From the NCBI GenBank assembly GCA_964016885.1, contig OZ024746.1, positions 5,580,001 to 5,644,000 of the forward strand: 64,000 bases of DNA, given 5' to 3'. Positions 16,376-28,924 of this stretch are shown here, piece by piece. The notes below the pieces were generated by a model, which saw only the letters and a list, made by a program, of their open reading frames with translations, did no database searches and had not been told where the DNA came from. The stretch comes from Eledone cirrhosa (taxonomy: Eukaryota). Position numbers and translations under genes: made by a program. Within the stretch, counting starts at the first letter, position 1; every line of letters begins with the position of its first letter.

Positions 16376-17177
16376 ATAATACGAAGAAAAACTCATCTCA
16401 ACCAGTTAGGTGTTTGGAAGTAGATTGAATGAGAGGTAAGGTGAAAGGTGTATTGTGTTTATTTATTTATGTACTATTCTGTGTCACAAAGAATGTTTAG
16501 ACTGAAACATTTTCTGTAGCAATCACCAAACATTACTGTAGCTCATAATATTTCCACAAACAAGTTTCACCAGTCTCTTGGTGCACTGGGGAGAGACACG
16601 GTATTTCAATACTTTCATTGAAAATGATTTTGCTCAGCAACTACAACTAAATTGATTGGAAATCCCTATGAATTGTTATAACTCTTAATTGTATCTTTGA
16701 TTTATTTTCCTATCAGAAAATCCTGAAATACATCACGAAAATATTTAATCAGAAACACGCTAGGTATTAATTTCCATGGCCTTCTATCATCTGCACAGGG
16801 TGGTATGAATTAATTTATTTTTGAAAATATTGCCAGGAGAGGTCTTGGGTCTCGAGCTAACATTCCTAATACACTCCTTCATTTCGTTTCTTTTATTTTC
16901 CAGATTTGTATTTTTAAAAAATTATTCCAGACCAATAATTAAATAAAGAAATATCAGAAATAATAATTAATGAACTGAAATTTTGTAGAACGTTAAAACA
17001 GTATATTCTGCGTTTGAAAAATTCTTCATTTTTGTGTGCGTTGTTTCTATTTATAAAATGTGTTAAACAGTAAACCACAAACTTTTCTACAGACTTTTAG
17101 ATATATAAAGAAGACATTTAATGACCAGATAAAGGCACATGATGTTTTGTGCCGCCCCTATTCCACATTTAAAGCCA

Positions 17178-17352
17178 TATCGGTAGAGGGTCGGACGCCA
17201 TGCTTTGACGCATAGAGTTACGGCTCTTGCCATTCTGAGTTCAAATCCCGCCGAGGTAAACTTTGCCTTTCATGCTTACGGGGTCGATAAAATAAAGTAC
17301 CAGTAATACACTGGGTATTTGCTGGCCTTGTGCCTAAAGTAGAAACAATTAT
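17178..17352 (+). mobile_element. tRNA-derived Meta-domain SINE
   Basis: GAGTTCAAATCCCGCCGAGG...GGGGTCGATAAAATAAAGTACCAG...GTAGAAACAATT, nearly identical to other copies in the window. Confidence 0.92.
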
Positions 17353-18056
17353 TATAATTTGTTATTTTGACGAGGAATATAAAGATCTGAATTGCTAAGG
17401 TTTCTCATTCTTGTTTTCTTGTTTCCAATCTTCTCACACCCCTACTTCATCTAATTAGTCCTGTTTTTATTTATTTCCAACGCACTCAGTTTCTGTATTT
17501 TCTCTTTTACCGTAGCTATTCCTCTTTGAATACATTTTCTATAACACGCGTTGACCGTCAATGCATCAGAATGGTCATCTAAGTTCGTGTATATGACCCT
17601 CTGGCCACATTATTTCACAACGTTCACAATCTGACAGTACTCACGCTCTAACACGCTATCTAAGTTTCTTTCTCAAATATCCACAATTCAGGTTTGTAAG
17701 TCATTATAGAATTATATTTCTACACGTTTCTCATATGTTGCCTCCATAATGTTTTCCCTTGACACTTTCTATTTCTCTTTCTACAATAACCCGTAAAAAC
17801 TTATAGTTATGATGTCCTTGCTATTAAATACATGCCTCTCATTCTCTCATTCTCTCTACCACTTTCTATGAAGTTCTCACTCTATATATTTACATGTACC
17901 CCCCCTCTCACATACACATAAGTATATATATATATGTATATATATATATGTGTGTATATATGTGAAGTAATTCCGTCGAAAAGGTCCAGGAAAAAAGAGT
18001 GCTCAATGTAGGTTACAGAGCTTATTAGTTATGTAATAAACAACATAAGATAATTA

Positions 18057-18117
18057 TTTCATTTACCAGTGGTTTCTTGAAAGCAAACAAAATTTGCTTT
18101 CAGTCATCAGAATGAAA
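18057..18117 (-). ncRNA. Type I hammerhead ribozyme (mirror copy)
   Basis: Exact reverse complement of 18183-18243. Confidence 0.8.
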
Positions 18118-18182
18118 AAATCCTGGTGTATTTATTGACAGTGGATTTTAAAAATCCAGTGTCAATAAATACACCAGGATTT

Positions 18183-18243
18183 TTTCATTCTGATGACTGA
18201 AAGCAAATTTTGTTTGCTTTCAAGAAACCACTGGTAAATGAAA
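18183..18243 (+). ncRNA. Type I hammerhead ribozyme
   Basis: TTTCATT-CTGATGA-C-TGAAAGCAAA ttttg TTTGCTTTCA-A-GAAACC act GGTA^AATGAAA: 7-bp stem I, 10-bp stem II, short stem III, GUA cleavage triplet. Confidence 0.8.
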
Positions 18244-18438
18244 TAATTATTTTATGTTGTTTATTACATAACTATATATATATATGAGACGAATCGGTTA
18301 ACTAGTTAGAATCTCGGATACTCTGTTTTACTTTATTTGTTCTCGTCTGCTGTGCCAGGCTTTAAATCCTGTCGAAATCATCTTTGTCTGTTGTCTCCTC
18401 TTTTGTAGTCCGTGATTAAAACACTACGTAGGTACTGA

Positions 18439-18476
<38 letters not shown>

Positions 18477-18673
18477 AATGAAAGTTTAGTAAAATCAAAG
18501 TTTTGGCTGTGGTCAAGCTAACGATATACAATTAGGAATGTGCAGAAAAGCACTCGATAAGGTTGTGTCACCTTAGAGTAATAACATACGTTAGATAGCT
18601 TGACAAATTGAAAACTGCGGCAGGCAAGCCTAGCCACATAATACCAAAGCAACGAAAGAACCAATAAGGTTAG

Positions 18674-18730
<57 letters not shown>

Positions 18731-18732
<2 letters not shown>

Positions 18733-18797
18733 TGGTTACACACCAGTTAGTTCACCATAAAGAGAACAATTGTTTCACCTTAGCGGATCCTCACGAA
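18731..18797 (-). mobile_element. Family E terminal repeat with hammerhead remnant, fused to a Penelope RT fragment
   Basis: Minus strand GTGAGGA-TCCGCTAAGGT-GAAACAATTGTT-CTC...GGTGAACTAACTGGTGTGTAACCACTT, homologous to 51829-51900. Confidence 0.7.
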
Positions 18798-19100
18798 CGC
18801 GCATGTCTAAAATAAATAGTCCAACCAAGTAGCATACGTCAGCACTGTCAAACGATCCCATGGAGACGTCGAATAGGTCTGAAGTTGTTGACTTCTTTGC
18901 ACAGGCTACTCCGTTGTTGAAGAGGAGGGTTTTCCAGCAGTGAGCGATGATTTCCCTGTCTAAACTATGGACGGTAGTGTAAGTGGTAGCAAAGTCCAAC
19001 GCTTTGTTTAACAGGGTCTCTGAGATCGACGGGTAAAAATCAACAATGTCAAACTGTGTGAACTTCGCTTTTTTGGATTTGAAGGAGTTAAACCACTTAT
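18798..19100 (-). pseudogene. Penelope-like (Naiad-type) reverse transcriptase fragment
   Basis: WFN...FTQFDIVDFYPSISETLLNKALDFA...FDVSMGSFDSADVCYLVGLFIL matches the PLE RT motifs FDIxxFYPSI and MGSxDGAExCELVGL. Confidence 0.85.
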
Positions 19101-19111
19101 ATATATATATC

Positions 19112-19746
19112 ATTTTTATTTTTCATTATACTTACCTGCAACCACACAGCTCCCCATTTTATTCATATAAGTTTCCTTCTCCGCTGTGGCCCGTCTCTTT
19201 TCTCTCCCCTTGTTGCTATCCTCTCTCTCCCCCTTCTCTCTCCTTTTCGCTCTTACTTTCGCTCACCTCCTCTGCTAGTCACCTTCTCTCGGCTAGCCTA
19301 CCAGTATAACCATCTCTTTCTCGCTTCCTCTTACTTTCACTCACTCCCTCTCTGCTAGTCACCCTCTCTCCGCTAGCTCACTTCCTCCCTCGTCCGCCAC
19401 TGTAAGCAGTCTCTTCTCTCACTCACACGGCTACAGTGAAGACGTCTCTTTTCTCTCTCATCAAATTCGACAGTTCTTACTTTCGAAATGAGTTGTTGAC
19501 TTGATATTTTTCCTAATGTTCCTCTCTTTACGTTGCTTCACCCTTCGTGTCTGTTTACATGCTCCCCCCCCCCTTTTTATCCCAATAACTTATTTTAGTT
19601 ATTGTTGGCCCTAGGTTGATGTATCGCGTCTCTAACGCGAAGAAATACCTATGATTCCTAACAGACAACTGACGGTGGATACTCCCCACTTTCGCCCGTA
19701 ACTTATTTTTATTTTTCATTATACTTAATGCAACCACACAGCTCAC

Positions 19747-19752
<6 letters not shown>
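19112..19752 (+). mobile_element. Non-coding element bounded by ~50-bp direct repeats within (TA)n (possible partial-tandem PLE terminus)
   Basis: TTTTTATTTTTCATTATACTTA..TGCAACCACACAGCTC.CCATTTT occurs at about 19112-19161 and 19705-19752. Confidence 0.5.
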
Positions 19753-19784
<32 letters not shown>

Positions 19785-20759
19785 GTGTGTGTATGTGTGT
19801 GTATGTGTGTGTGTGTGTAGCAATATTCATAGGTGTGAAAAGGAAACTGTGCTCAGTCGGGAAAAGAGCAGAAAAAACTCGTATAAGCACCTGGAGAAAG
19901 GTCACTAATTTGATGACTCTTGTATTCTGGATCTATGGTCACATTTGGGCCTTGAAACCTTGGGTAGTAACTTTGTTCCTTGTATGAACATAGATAAAGA
20001 ACATAATATTATGTATATGTACATAGACACATACCCCCCCCTATATATATATATATATATATAATGTAGGTGTGCGTGGTTGCATGTATGTATAAAAGCC
20101 AATCAATGAAAAGAGCTATATTTTGCTATATAAACATATTTTTTGTCACTATTGTACTTAATGTTTCTATTTAACTTGTTGCATATATTTTCCCTAGAAC
20201 CTCCTTACTTCACAATACCATCTGTCAGAGAAATACATTTACATATAATAGAATGTGTATCTACAACTTCCATGCATATAATTATTTTCTTATTAGTCTC
20301 TGAAAAAATAAATATTAAAAAAAAACCCAGATTGTAGAGAAAATAAATGAATATAAGTCATAAAATAACAGTTCGGTAGAATAGAGAAGCCATTGATTTG
20401 GATCGATAACAATTTAGGATACATGTAGTGGTCCATTACTGAAACTGTGAAAGCGGGGGAGACGAGGATGGAGTAGCTTGAAAAATAGAGGACAATGACA
20501 GATAAAATGAAACAATGATTACGGACAAAAAAAAAAATTCATGTAGAGAGGCAGTAATCCCATATATTTCCCAATGAGACTGAAATATATAACAAACTGA
20601 CAGTTGAATGGTTGTGAGAAGGGAACATGGATGGAAGAAGATTAATAGATGTGTGGAGCTTATCTTGTCTATTTAACACTGTACATCGATCGCTGTTTCC
20701 ACCGACTGTCTAACTTAAGATACAATATGTTTACAACATAGTGACCGCTCTCATATGTT

Positions 20760-21670
20760 GTTGTGAAAGAATAATAACTCACCTGATATATCACGTTTAT
20801 CTTGAATCCCAGTGTGGCTTCAGGGCTGGAAGAGGAACCATAGACATGATATATTTATTGCGGCAGGTTGCATAGTAAGTACAGGAGAAGAACAGTGGGC
20901 TATTTATAATCATTGTTGACTTAGCGAAGGTTTTTGATTCAAAGTCAGTCGTGATGCTTCGTGGTCCGTGCTAAAGACGAACAGTAATCTTAATACTATG
21001 CCCAATGTCATATTATCCTTCCCTGAAAGCATCCAATTTCTGTTGAGTCAGATGGCAATTAATCAGATACGTAAAAGAATCGGACAATGCTGGGATACAT
21101 AAAAGACCCATATTTTGTTTGCTTTTTACCTTTCTCTGATAGATTAGGCATTCGAAGATTATTACAATAGTGTTTGAATCAAATTCGCTCTTTAATCCCC
21201 ACAGATTAAGGAATCGACCCCCCCCCCCCCCAGGGTGGAAATGCTTTGAGATTGCAGATGATGCAGCGATATAGTTACTAGGTCCTTCCAGAAAACACAA
21301 GAAGTCGTAAGCCAGTTTTTCTACACGTACAAAGGGTTTGGCCTCATAATAAGTGTAATAAACGCACCTATTCAAAGAAGAGGCATTAACACTACATTTA
21401 AATTATGTGAAGATCTTCCCATACGTAAGACGTAAAATCAAATTTAGCGACTTTTTAGACTACAAAATAGTATTGCCAAGGCTAGTGGTGACTTTAGAAA
21501 ACTGTGAACAAGGGTATGGAAGGAGAGAGGATTGAGATTGAGAACCAAACTTTCAGTTTACAGTACTGTTGTCCTCTTAATATTGCTGCATGGGTCTGAA
21601 TCGTGTACAACACAAGGGAAACATATCACACTGCTAGATATTTTCCACAAGAGATGTCCTGCTATATATC
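20760..21670 (+). mobile_element. Decayed RTE-clade LINE ORF2 (RT) remnant
   Basis: Frameshifted pieces ESQCGFRAGRGTIDMIYLLRQ, VDLAKVFDS and LLHGSESCTTQGKHITLLDIFHKRC. Confidence 0.85.
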
Positions 21671-21747
21671 TGTTTTGATTCCGTGTCAAAGTCCAGTCTA
21701 GGGTTTTGTGACCTCAGAGGAATTGCGTCTATAAGATATATATATAT

Positions 21748-21803
<56 letters not shown>

Positions 21804-21806
<3 letters not shown>

Positions 21807-21906
21807 CGAAGGAAATGTGGTAAGGAACCAGGTGGACCATAACGCACCAAAGTACTCAATACTTAGGGTAGTAGAGTGGGTAATAGGAACCAGTAAGTTA
21901 CTGGTT

Positions 21907-21910
<4 letters not shown>
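21804..21910 (-). mobile_element. Family A element with 13-bp inverted arm
   Basis: Homologous to the 22.3, 37.2, 46.4 and 62.4 kb copies. Hairpin TAGGAACCAGTAA-g-TTACTGGTTCCTA; flanked by (TA)n. Confidence 0.8.
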
Positions 21911-21988
<78 letters not shown>

Positions 21989-22215
21989 GTAAGGGTGAAA
22001 GCAGCGATTCTTTGCTTAAACTTTAATCTGCTATTTTAATAAATATATATATATATATACATATATACATATATCAAAATAACAGATTAAAGTTTAAGCA
22101 AAGAATCGCTGCTTTCACCCTTAACAGGATCTTCTGAAATATTTGCTCTACGGTTTTTATATATTTAATATATATTTATCCTTATGGAGCCCTCTTTGGA
22201 TTTTAGCCTTCACAT

Positions 22216-22240
<25 letters not shown>
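21989..22240. mobile_element. Family B fragments in opposite orientations around (TA)n
   Basis: AAGGGTGAAAGCAGCGATTCTTTGCTTAAAC and its reverse complement, plus a tail matching 61045-61130. Confidence 0.8.
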
Positions 22241-22288
<48 letters not shown>

Positions 22289-22293
<5 letters not shown>

Positions 22294-22485
22294 AACGAGT
22301 AGGACCCCGACGGCTGAGCTCAAGCCGTTTCGACGGCTAATTCTGTCCAGAATTAGCCGTCGAAACGGCTTGAGCTCAGCCGTCGGGGTCCTACTCGTTC
22401 CTATTACCCACTCTAGTACCCTAAGTATTGAGTACTTTGGTGCGTTATGGTCCACCTGGTTCCTTACCACATTTCCTTCATTATA
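22289..22485 (+). mobile_element. Family A element: 57-bp-arm palindrome containing the hammerhead 3' half, plus tail
   Basis: Palindrome 22289-22404 (2-nt loop). GAAAC-GGCT tgagctc AGCC-GTC-GGGG forms an HHR stem III and GUC site. Confidence 0.8.
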
Positions 22486-22496
22486 TATATATATAG

Positions 22497-23062
22497 TCAG
22501 GAAAGCACAAAATTGCTTATTGTAATCCAGTTCGTGGTTAAGATAGCCAGTTTGACAATAACGTTGTATATTGTTAGACTAAGTGTGTCTAGGTATGTAT
22601 CTCCCCATTGTATTTGACACCACCAACACATCCACCACAGCACCATAAACACCATTACTATAAACAACAACACCACACCTACACCACACACAATAATCAG
22701 CCACAAAAACACGCCAATCTGTCTACCGACAATCCACCACCCCACATCACAGCCCATCCCAGCCTCCGACCGTCACCACCATCTTATCATCACATCCACC
22801 CGTACATACACTACAGGCGAAAACATCCCCATGATCTATTCCACCAATCAAAACAAGCCTTATTGACCAACATATGAACCTGTGACTTTATCACATAGCA
22901 TGTATTCATTTTCTACTAGCATTTTAAAGGGTCCGCCGAGCTCCGGATTATAGAGTCGGGTAAGATCGATACAGATCGAACCTTGAGCTGATCAGTGGCG
23001 AAACGCGCGTCACCTACCAATAAATGTAATGAAGAAGTAACCAATCGTCCTTGTTATCTTTT

Positions 23063-23065
<3 letters not shown>
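22497..23065 (+). mobile_element. Probable Penelope-like 3' end with hammerhead remnant
   Basis: GGCGAAACGCGCGTC-ACCT followed by AATAAA and ending in (TA)n. Confidence 0.45.
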
Positions 23066-23105
<40 letters not shown>

Positions 23106-23909
23106 GTATATATATATATATATATTTAGTATATATATATATATATATTTAGTATATATATATATATATATTTAGTATATATATATATATATATGACTCC
23201 TGATTCTCCCATTGTAAGTTTTATAATAACCTCAACCAACACTCCCTTCATTTTATTTTATATCTGTCGGTTTGCAATCTATTTCTCCTCATACAATATT
23301 CTAGCTTTTTCTTATTCATAGCACATAGCTACTAAAAAATCTATATTTCCAAATCCAAGTCACATATGCAAATTGAAAGAATAAAAGGTATATCGAAAGA
23401 ATTGAAGTAATATGTTTATTCTAGTATTGTATTTTCCCGAGGGTGTTTTATATTTACTTTAGCATCTGATACATTGGAAATGAAATGTTGTTTTAGCGGC
23501 GACTAACATTTGTTTCTGGCACTGTCTGGGTCATTTCCAGTAGAAATTCTCTAAATACTATTGGCCCCAATTTATTGAACGTTTCTACTTTTTCCCAGTC
23601 TACTCTAAAACAGAAAATTGAATTTCATCAATTCTTTAATGTGTAGCAATATTTTTGTTTAGTAAGAAACTCTATCGATTACTTATGCTGAAGATATCAG
23701 TGTGCATCGCATTTCTAACGTTGCACATTTAATGGAACTTTCTAAGATTCTACATTGCAACAATACTAAATGTAATTTGAAATGTATGCATCCCAAGGCT
23801 CTCTGATGTAGTGTTTACACTAAATATAAAGGAATACTGTTATTATATTAACCAGTGTCCAGTACACCACTATATCTCTCAATGTATTATACTAATAACA
23901 TGACTTGTA

Positions 23910-24090
23910 TTGGCAGTATCGATAGAGAGTCGGACGCCATGCTTTGAAGCTAGAGTTACGTCCCTTTATGATCTGAGTTCAAATCCCGCCGAGGTTAACT
24001 TTGCCTTTCATTCTTATGGGGTCGATAAAATAAAGTACCAGTAATGTACTGGTTAATGCTGGCCTTGTGCCAAAAGTAGAAACAATTATT
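23910..24090 (+). mobile_element. tRNA-derived Meta-domain SINE
   Basis: Close match to the consensus seen elsewhere in the window. Confidence 0.92.
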
Positions 24091-24129
24091 TATATATACA
24101 TTTGTCACGATGATGATTCAGTCAACAGA

Positions 24130-24290
24130 AACTTCTTCTTCTTCTTCTACTACTACTACTACTACCTGGGAAGGTTGTGGGTACACAGTACTTAAATACG
24201 CCTGCCAGCGCGTTTTGTCACAAGAAACAGTTTCCAATTGAACCGGCTGGTTCTCCAAGCTATGGATGTTATGATCCAAGCGAGGATACA
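24130..24290 (-). mobile_element. Possible RTE 3' end remnant
   Basis: HNIHSLENQPVQLETVSCDKTRWQA resembles an RTE C-terminus and is followed by a (GTA)n(GAA)n tail. Confidence 0.35.
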
Positions 24291-26399
24291 TCTCGTTGAA
24301 GAGATACGTTCCTGATTTTGGCTCAAGCATTTGTTAGTTGCAACAGAAACTGTCGAAACAAACAGTCCTACTCTGTCTCAACCTTCTCGGTTTCCTCAGA
24401 GAGTTCTCTGAATTTGGCTACAATAGTATTCGTACACTTGATTCTGACTTCCTTAACCCCCAACGATTCCTACGTTCTCCTTTAGGATGAATAAGCAGAG
24501 CCGGACAAACAACAGTAAACAACAAGTGGAGTTGGTGAGTAAAAGCTGCCTATAAAAAAGATTAGCCCTCGCGGGTTTATGAATAGTACCAAATTAGTGA
24601 CTGACGCGAGTATTACCACCAAACACTGCGGTGTTACCAAGAAATAAAGCCTTTCACGCCGCATCCTCCTTCGTGAGGGATAACAAGTGACGAGTTCAGA
24701 CCTTAGGTAATCGGGACTGTTCGAAAAATGTGTTGCAGTCTCCATCCAACACTCCAAGAACTGGTGAGGGTTCTGCAACCTGTTGTGGGATAGACGCACA
24801 AATGTTGCATATCCCGAAACTCCAAAGAGGGCCTAGAAGAGAGCATACATCAACAATATCTAAACAGAAACTACTGATGAGATTTAATGGTACTTCTTAA
24901 ATAAAAGGAAAATGACGAAAACAGTTGGCGTTAAACATGGTGACCCAAAATGGAAATTATTGTTCTCCTAAATTATATCCGGTTTCCAGAGTTCTGTTCA
25001 GTTTATTACAAATAAGTAATATTAATATATTCCAACACAATTACAGTTGTCCAATAATAGATTCGGCCACAACTTATTATCGGCATTTGCTAATGAAAGT
25101 GAAAGCATTGCTTTGTTTCCTTACTATGGAATATTATTTAACTAAATCTACCAATATTTTCCGCCATATTCTACAAATATATTTTATTTATAGGGTTAAC
25201 TAGATTATATGTATTAGCAATAACATATGTACGTGCCTGCTTACCTCTATACAATACAATGTTACCATATCAGACCCGCTGTCATCTATAAATGTTATTC
25301 TGGAATGTCTATTGAAAGAAATCTTTCAAGGAGAACAGAATAAAGAATTTTATTATATTAATAATCAACAGAATTCTATGGTTTGCCTCCCATAAAGTGC
25401 CTCTTTAATTTTGTATATATAGAATTCTTTAATTTGTTCTTTAAATAAACAGAGTTAATCGTGTGTTTCATAAGATTAAAATTTGAAAATTATTGACAGC
25501 TCCATGGACTTTCCCATAAAAGAATAAGTGATTTATTTACTGCTGCCTCATAATTTTAAACACCTATAATTTCTAAATATCTTTTGAAATTTATTGTTTA
25601 ACTGTATATTTACTTTCAAAATTTTAAGCATATAATACACACACATATATATACACACAGGCACACACCAATAACCCCATATACATGCCCGCAAGTTTGC
25701 ATAATTATATTTCAAGATAATGCTTAAAACTGCTGGTAAATTTACCAGGAATAAACAACCTTTTTGCGGTTAGTTATATGGACGAAAAATCCCTTTCATG
25801 TAACAAGAAACTTATCTTCAGAATAAATAGGAAATGTCAATAATGGGAATTTATATCTCGTTTCAGTTTTAATAGCCAGTTTATCACATGGCATTAAAGA
25901 ATGTTTTATCTATATTTTAATATTGGGACGGTGGAATCTGTAGTATATTGGGTTGCTATTTTCAGGTTATTAATTCCTTTTCTATGTTTTAATTTAAAAT
26001 CTCGCCGAAGACAACTTAAACTTTCATCTTTCCATGCTTGATTAAATACGGTTTGTCGTGTATTCTGGTTGGTTAACTGAACTACAACTTCCCCTCATAT
26101 TTACACAACTCTAACTAACGTAGTTATAAACTAGTCATTTACACTGTACTAAAATAGAAACATGTGGGTAGAATGAAAATGTCTTCTATTCAATTACTGC
26201 AGTTTTGCAGTAATAACACCATCAAATATATAATGTTTCATTCTAGAGTTCTCTGCGGGGAAATATATTAGAAAGCTTAAAAAATTCAGCTGCTATTTTT
26301 AGACGGAAAATATACACACGTACATCATACACAGTACATTTTAATATCTCAGTTGAGAGTTTTCAATGATTAATTAAATTTGTCAGGTTTTGACCATTT

Positions 26400-26660
26400 T
26401 CCTCTTCTCTCTCTCTCACACGTCTCTCTCTCTCTCTTTCACACACATCTCTCTCTCTCACACATCTATCTCGCTCTCTCACACAGCTTTCTCTATCACA
26501 CACGTCTATCTCTCTCTCTTTCACACACATCTCTCTCTCTCTCACACGTCTCTCTCTCTCTCTCTTTCACACACATCTCTCTCTCTCTCTCACACACATC
26601 TCCCTCTCTTTCACACACATCTCTCTCTCTCATACACACGTCTCTCTCTCGCTCTCCCCC
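26400..26660. repeat. Compound (CT)n/(CA)n repeat
   Basis: Direct inspection. Confidence 0.9.
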
Positions 26661-27702
26661 TCTTTCATTTCTAGGTATTTAGAACAGCAGATGGGACATA
26701 GAAGCTAGTGTAGGACTCCGGATATATCAGATGTCTGCTGTCCCATCCATATCTACAATTTCATGTTTCTCATCGTTAATTGCAATAACTAGCAAATCCC
26801 AAATATATATGATTGACTACATAAAGGTGATGTTACAGTATGGCCACAGTCTAATGACTGGAAAACAGTATACATACACACACACACGCACACCCACACA
26901 CACATACACAGACACACAGACACACACACGCACATACGCCCCCACACACACATACACTTTAGCGAATTAATATTAATAACATCTCAATGTAAGTTTTGTT
27001 TAGCTAAGTTTTAGAAAATATGTTTCGGTGTATTTATGTCCAATTTGCTGCTAATACATAATCGGTTTAGTTCCACTTAAATAATGAAGACATATTTTAA
27101 TTCATTCATTTAATTTATTTATTTCATGATATAAATATATATGTTGAAATCTAATAGAATGCTTTAGAATCTTCTCTTGAGTAGCAACCATGTCATAAAG
27201 TCTTCATGATTATTCCTCATTTTAACAGTGAATTTGAACTAATTAGTTGAGTTGAAATAATCTTGAAAATATTCAAAGTTTCATTAATTCTTATTAGAAC
27301 ATCTCATCCAAGTTGATTTATATGGCGGAGAGTATTCAACTTTCCATGCGATCAATATGGCAGCCTGGAAATGGCTGTTGGATGAATTATAATTAATTAC
27401 ATTAGTAATAATGGTTGCATTAAGAGCGGAAACCTCCCAGCTAACTTTCCACGGCTGATTCTGTCGTTTGACGTCTAAATTAGTTGAAGTTTGATACAGA
27501 TAATTCAGAAAAGGCAGAATAATTCTAGTATTAAGAATATATTTGTTCACAATTAGTATATTAATTAATTTTGTTGCAATTAAGTGTTATATTTTTAATC
27601 AAGCGACTTCTGTTTTATACAATGTAGTAAATCAGGTGTTATTGAACAGAAATTAATAAACATTTACTTCAAGTGCCGTCGTTTACCTGCATTTTATGTT
27701 TT

Positions 27703-28081
27703 AATCTCAGGTCTCAAATAATCACCCCTACCCGCTTATTAATTTTTCCGACTTATCTCCCCCCCCCCCCTTATTTAATTTTGCTAATCTTTCTCCACCG
27801 AAATGTTATTTTAAGTGGTAACATTCCTGCACCAATTAATTTTCTTCATACATTAAAAGACATTATACATGACAAAAAAAGAACATTACTATAAATCCCT
27901 TACGTTACAAATGAAATAGGACGGGTTGGGGTCTAAATATGTAAACTAAATGACTAATTCTGTTGTTTTGTTTTAATTCAACGGAGACAACCTAGAAAAA
28001 TTACTGATTTTCCAACATCCCCGTTTATTCCAAACACCCCGCTTATTCCACCCGCCCCCTTTTATTTGGGACCCGAGAGTA
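27703..28081 (+). mobile_element. Non-autonomous DNA transposon (MITE)
   Basis: Imperfect TIRs TAATCTCAGGTCTCAAATAA / TTATTTGGGACCCGAGAGTA and subterminal CCCGCTTATT motifs. Relatives at 58.6 and 61.3 kb. Confidence 0.65.
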
Positions 28082-28924
28082 TCTTATGAAAAAGTCAAAT
28101 TATTACTAGATTATTGCTAAGTATAATAAACATTTAAAAGTTATTTTACTTTCTAGTATGCTAATAGCGTCTATTTGTATTTTCGTGAGAAATGATTAAA
28201 TCTGATACTATATAACATGTTCAATAATCTCCTGAATTTTCTGGTGACAATTATCTCTCTGTAATGTCAAAAAACACTCGAACCTATTACACGGTGTCTT
28301 TATCTAAAATATTGATCTTTACTGTGTTAAGTATGATGGAACAACATTGTAGGACAAATGATATAGACTACTATATAATTTCTGAATCATCTAATATATG
28401 CATGCATATAAAATGGCTAGAAATCTTATTAAGTATTTACATATACGATATTTAGTTCCATTAACAGAATATAAAGAATTTACCTGAACAATAATGTTTA
28501 AATATGAATTATTTTGATTCCTGATGAGAACAGTCCTGACTCAACAGGGAAGCAAATTGAAACACAACAAACAATTAGATGGATATAAATTATTTCTCGT
28601 AAATTTATAATGTGAAATCAATGGTTTTTAGGAAACGATGCAAAACTTGTGCGATTTCTCAGTAATAAAATACATTAAAATATATTTCTGAAGAGATAAA
28701 ATCATTTTTAAAATTGACTATAACATTGAATTAGTTTATATAACATATTCATTTCTTTTTATTTATAAATATTTGCCGATAGACATGGTAAATCTAATAC
28801 GTAAGAATAAAAAAGAGTATTATGTAAGTGAAGTTACAATTACACAAAATATCAGATAAAATCACAAAAAATGCGTTTAATTTCAGATAAGATTCTTCTC
28901 TAAAAGTTTACTTCAAAATAAGAG

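Larger units (their letters stand above)
17963..18274. mobile_element. Palindromic hammerhead-bearing Penelope-like terminal element in (TA)n
   Basis: Palindrome 18026-18274 (124-bp arms, centre 18150, two mismatches seen) plus a one-sided tail at 17963-18025. TA repeats flank both sides. Confidence 0.8.
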
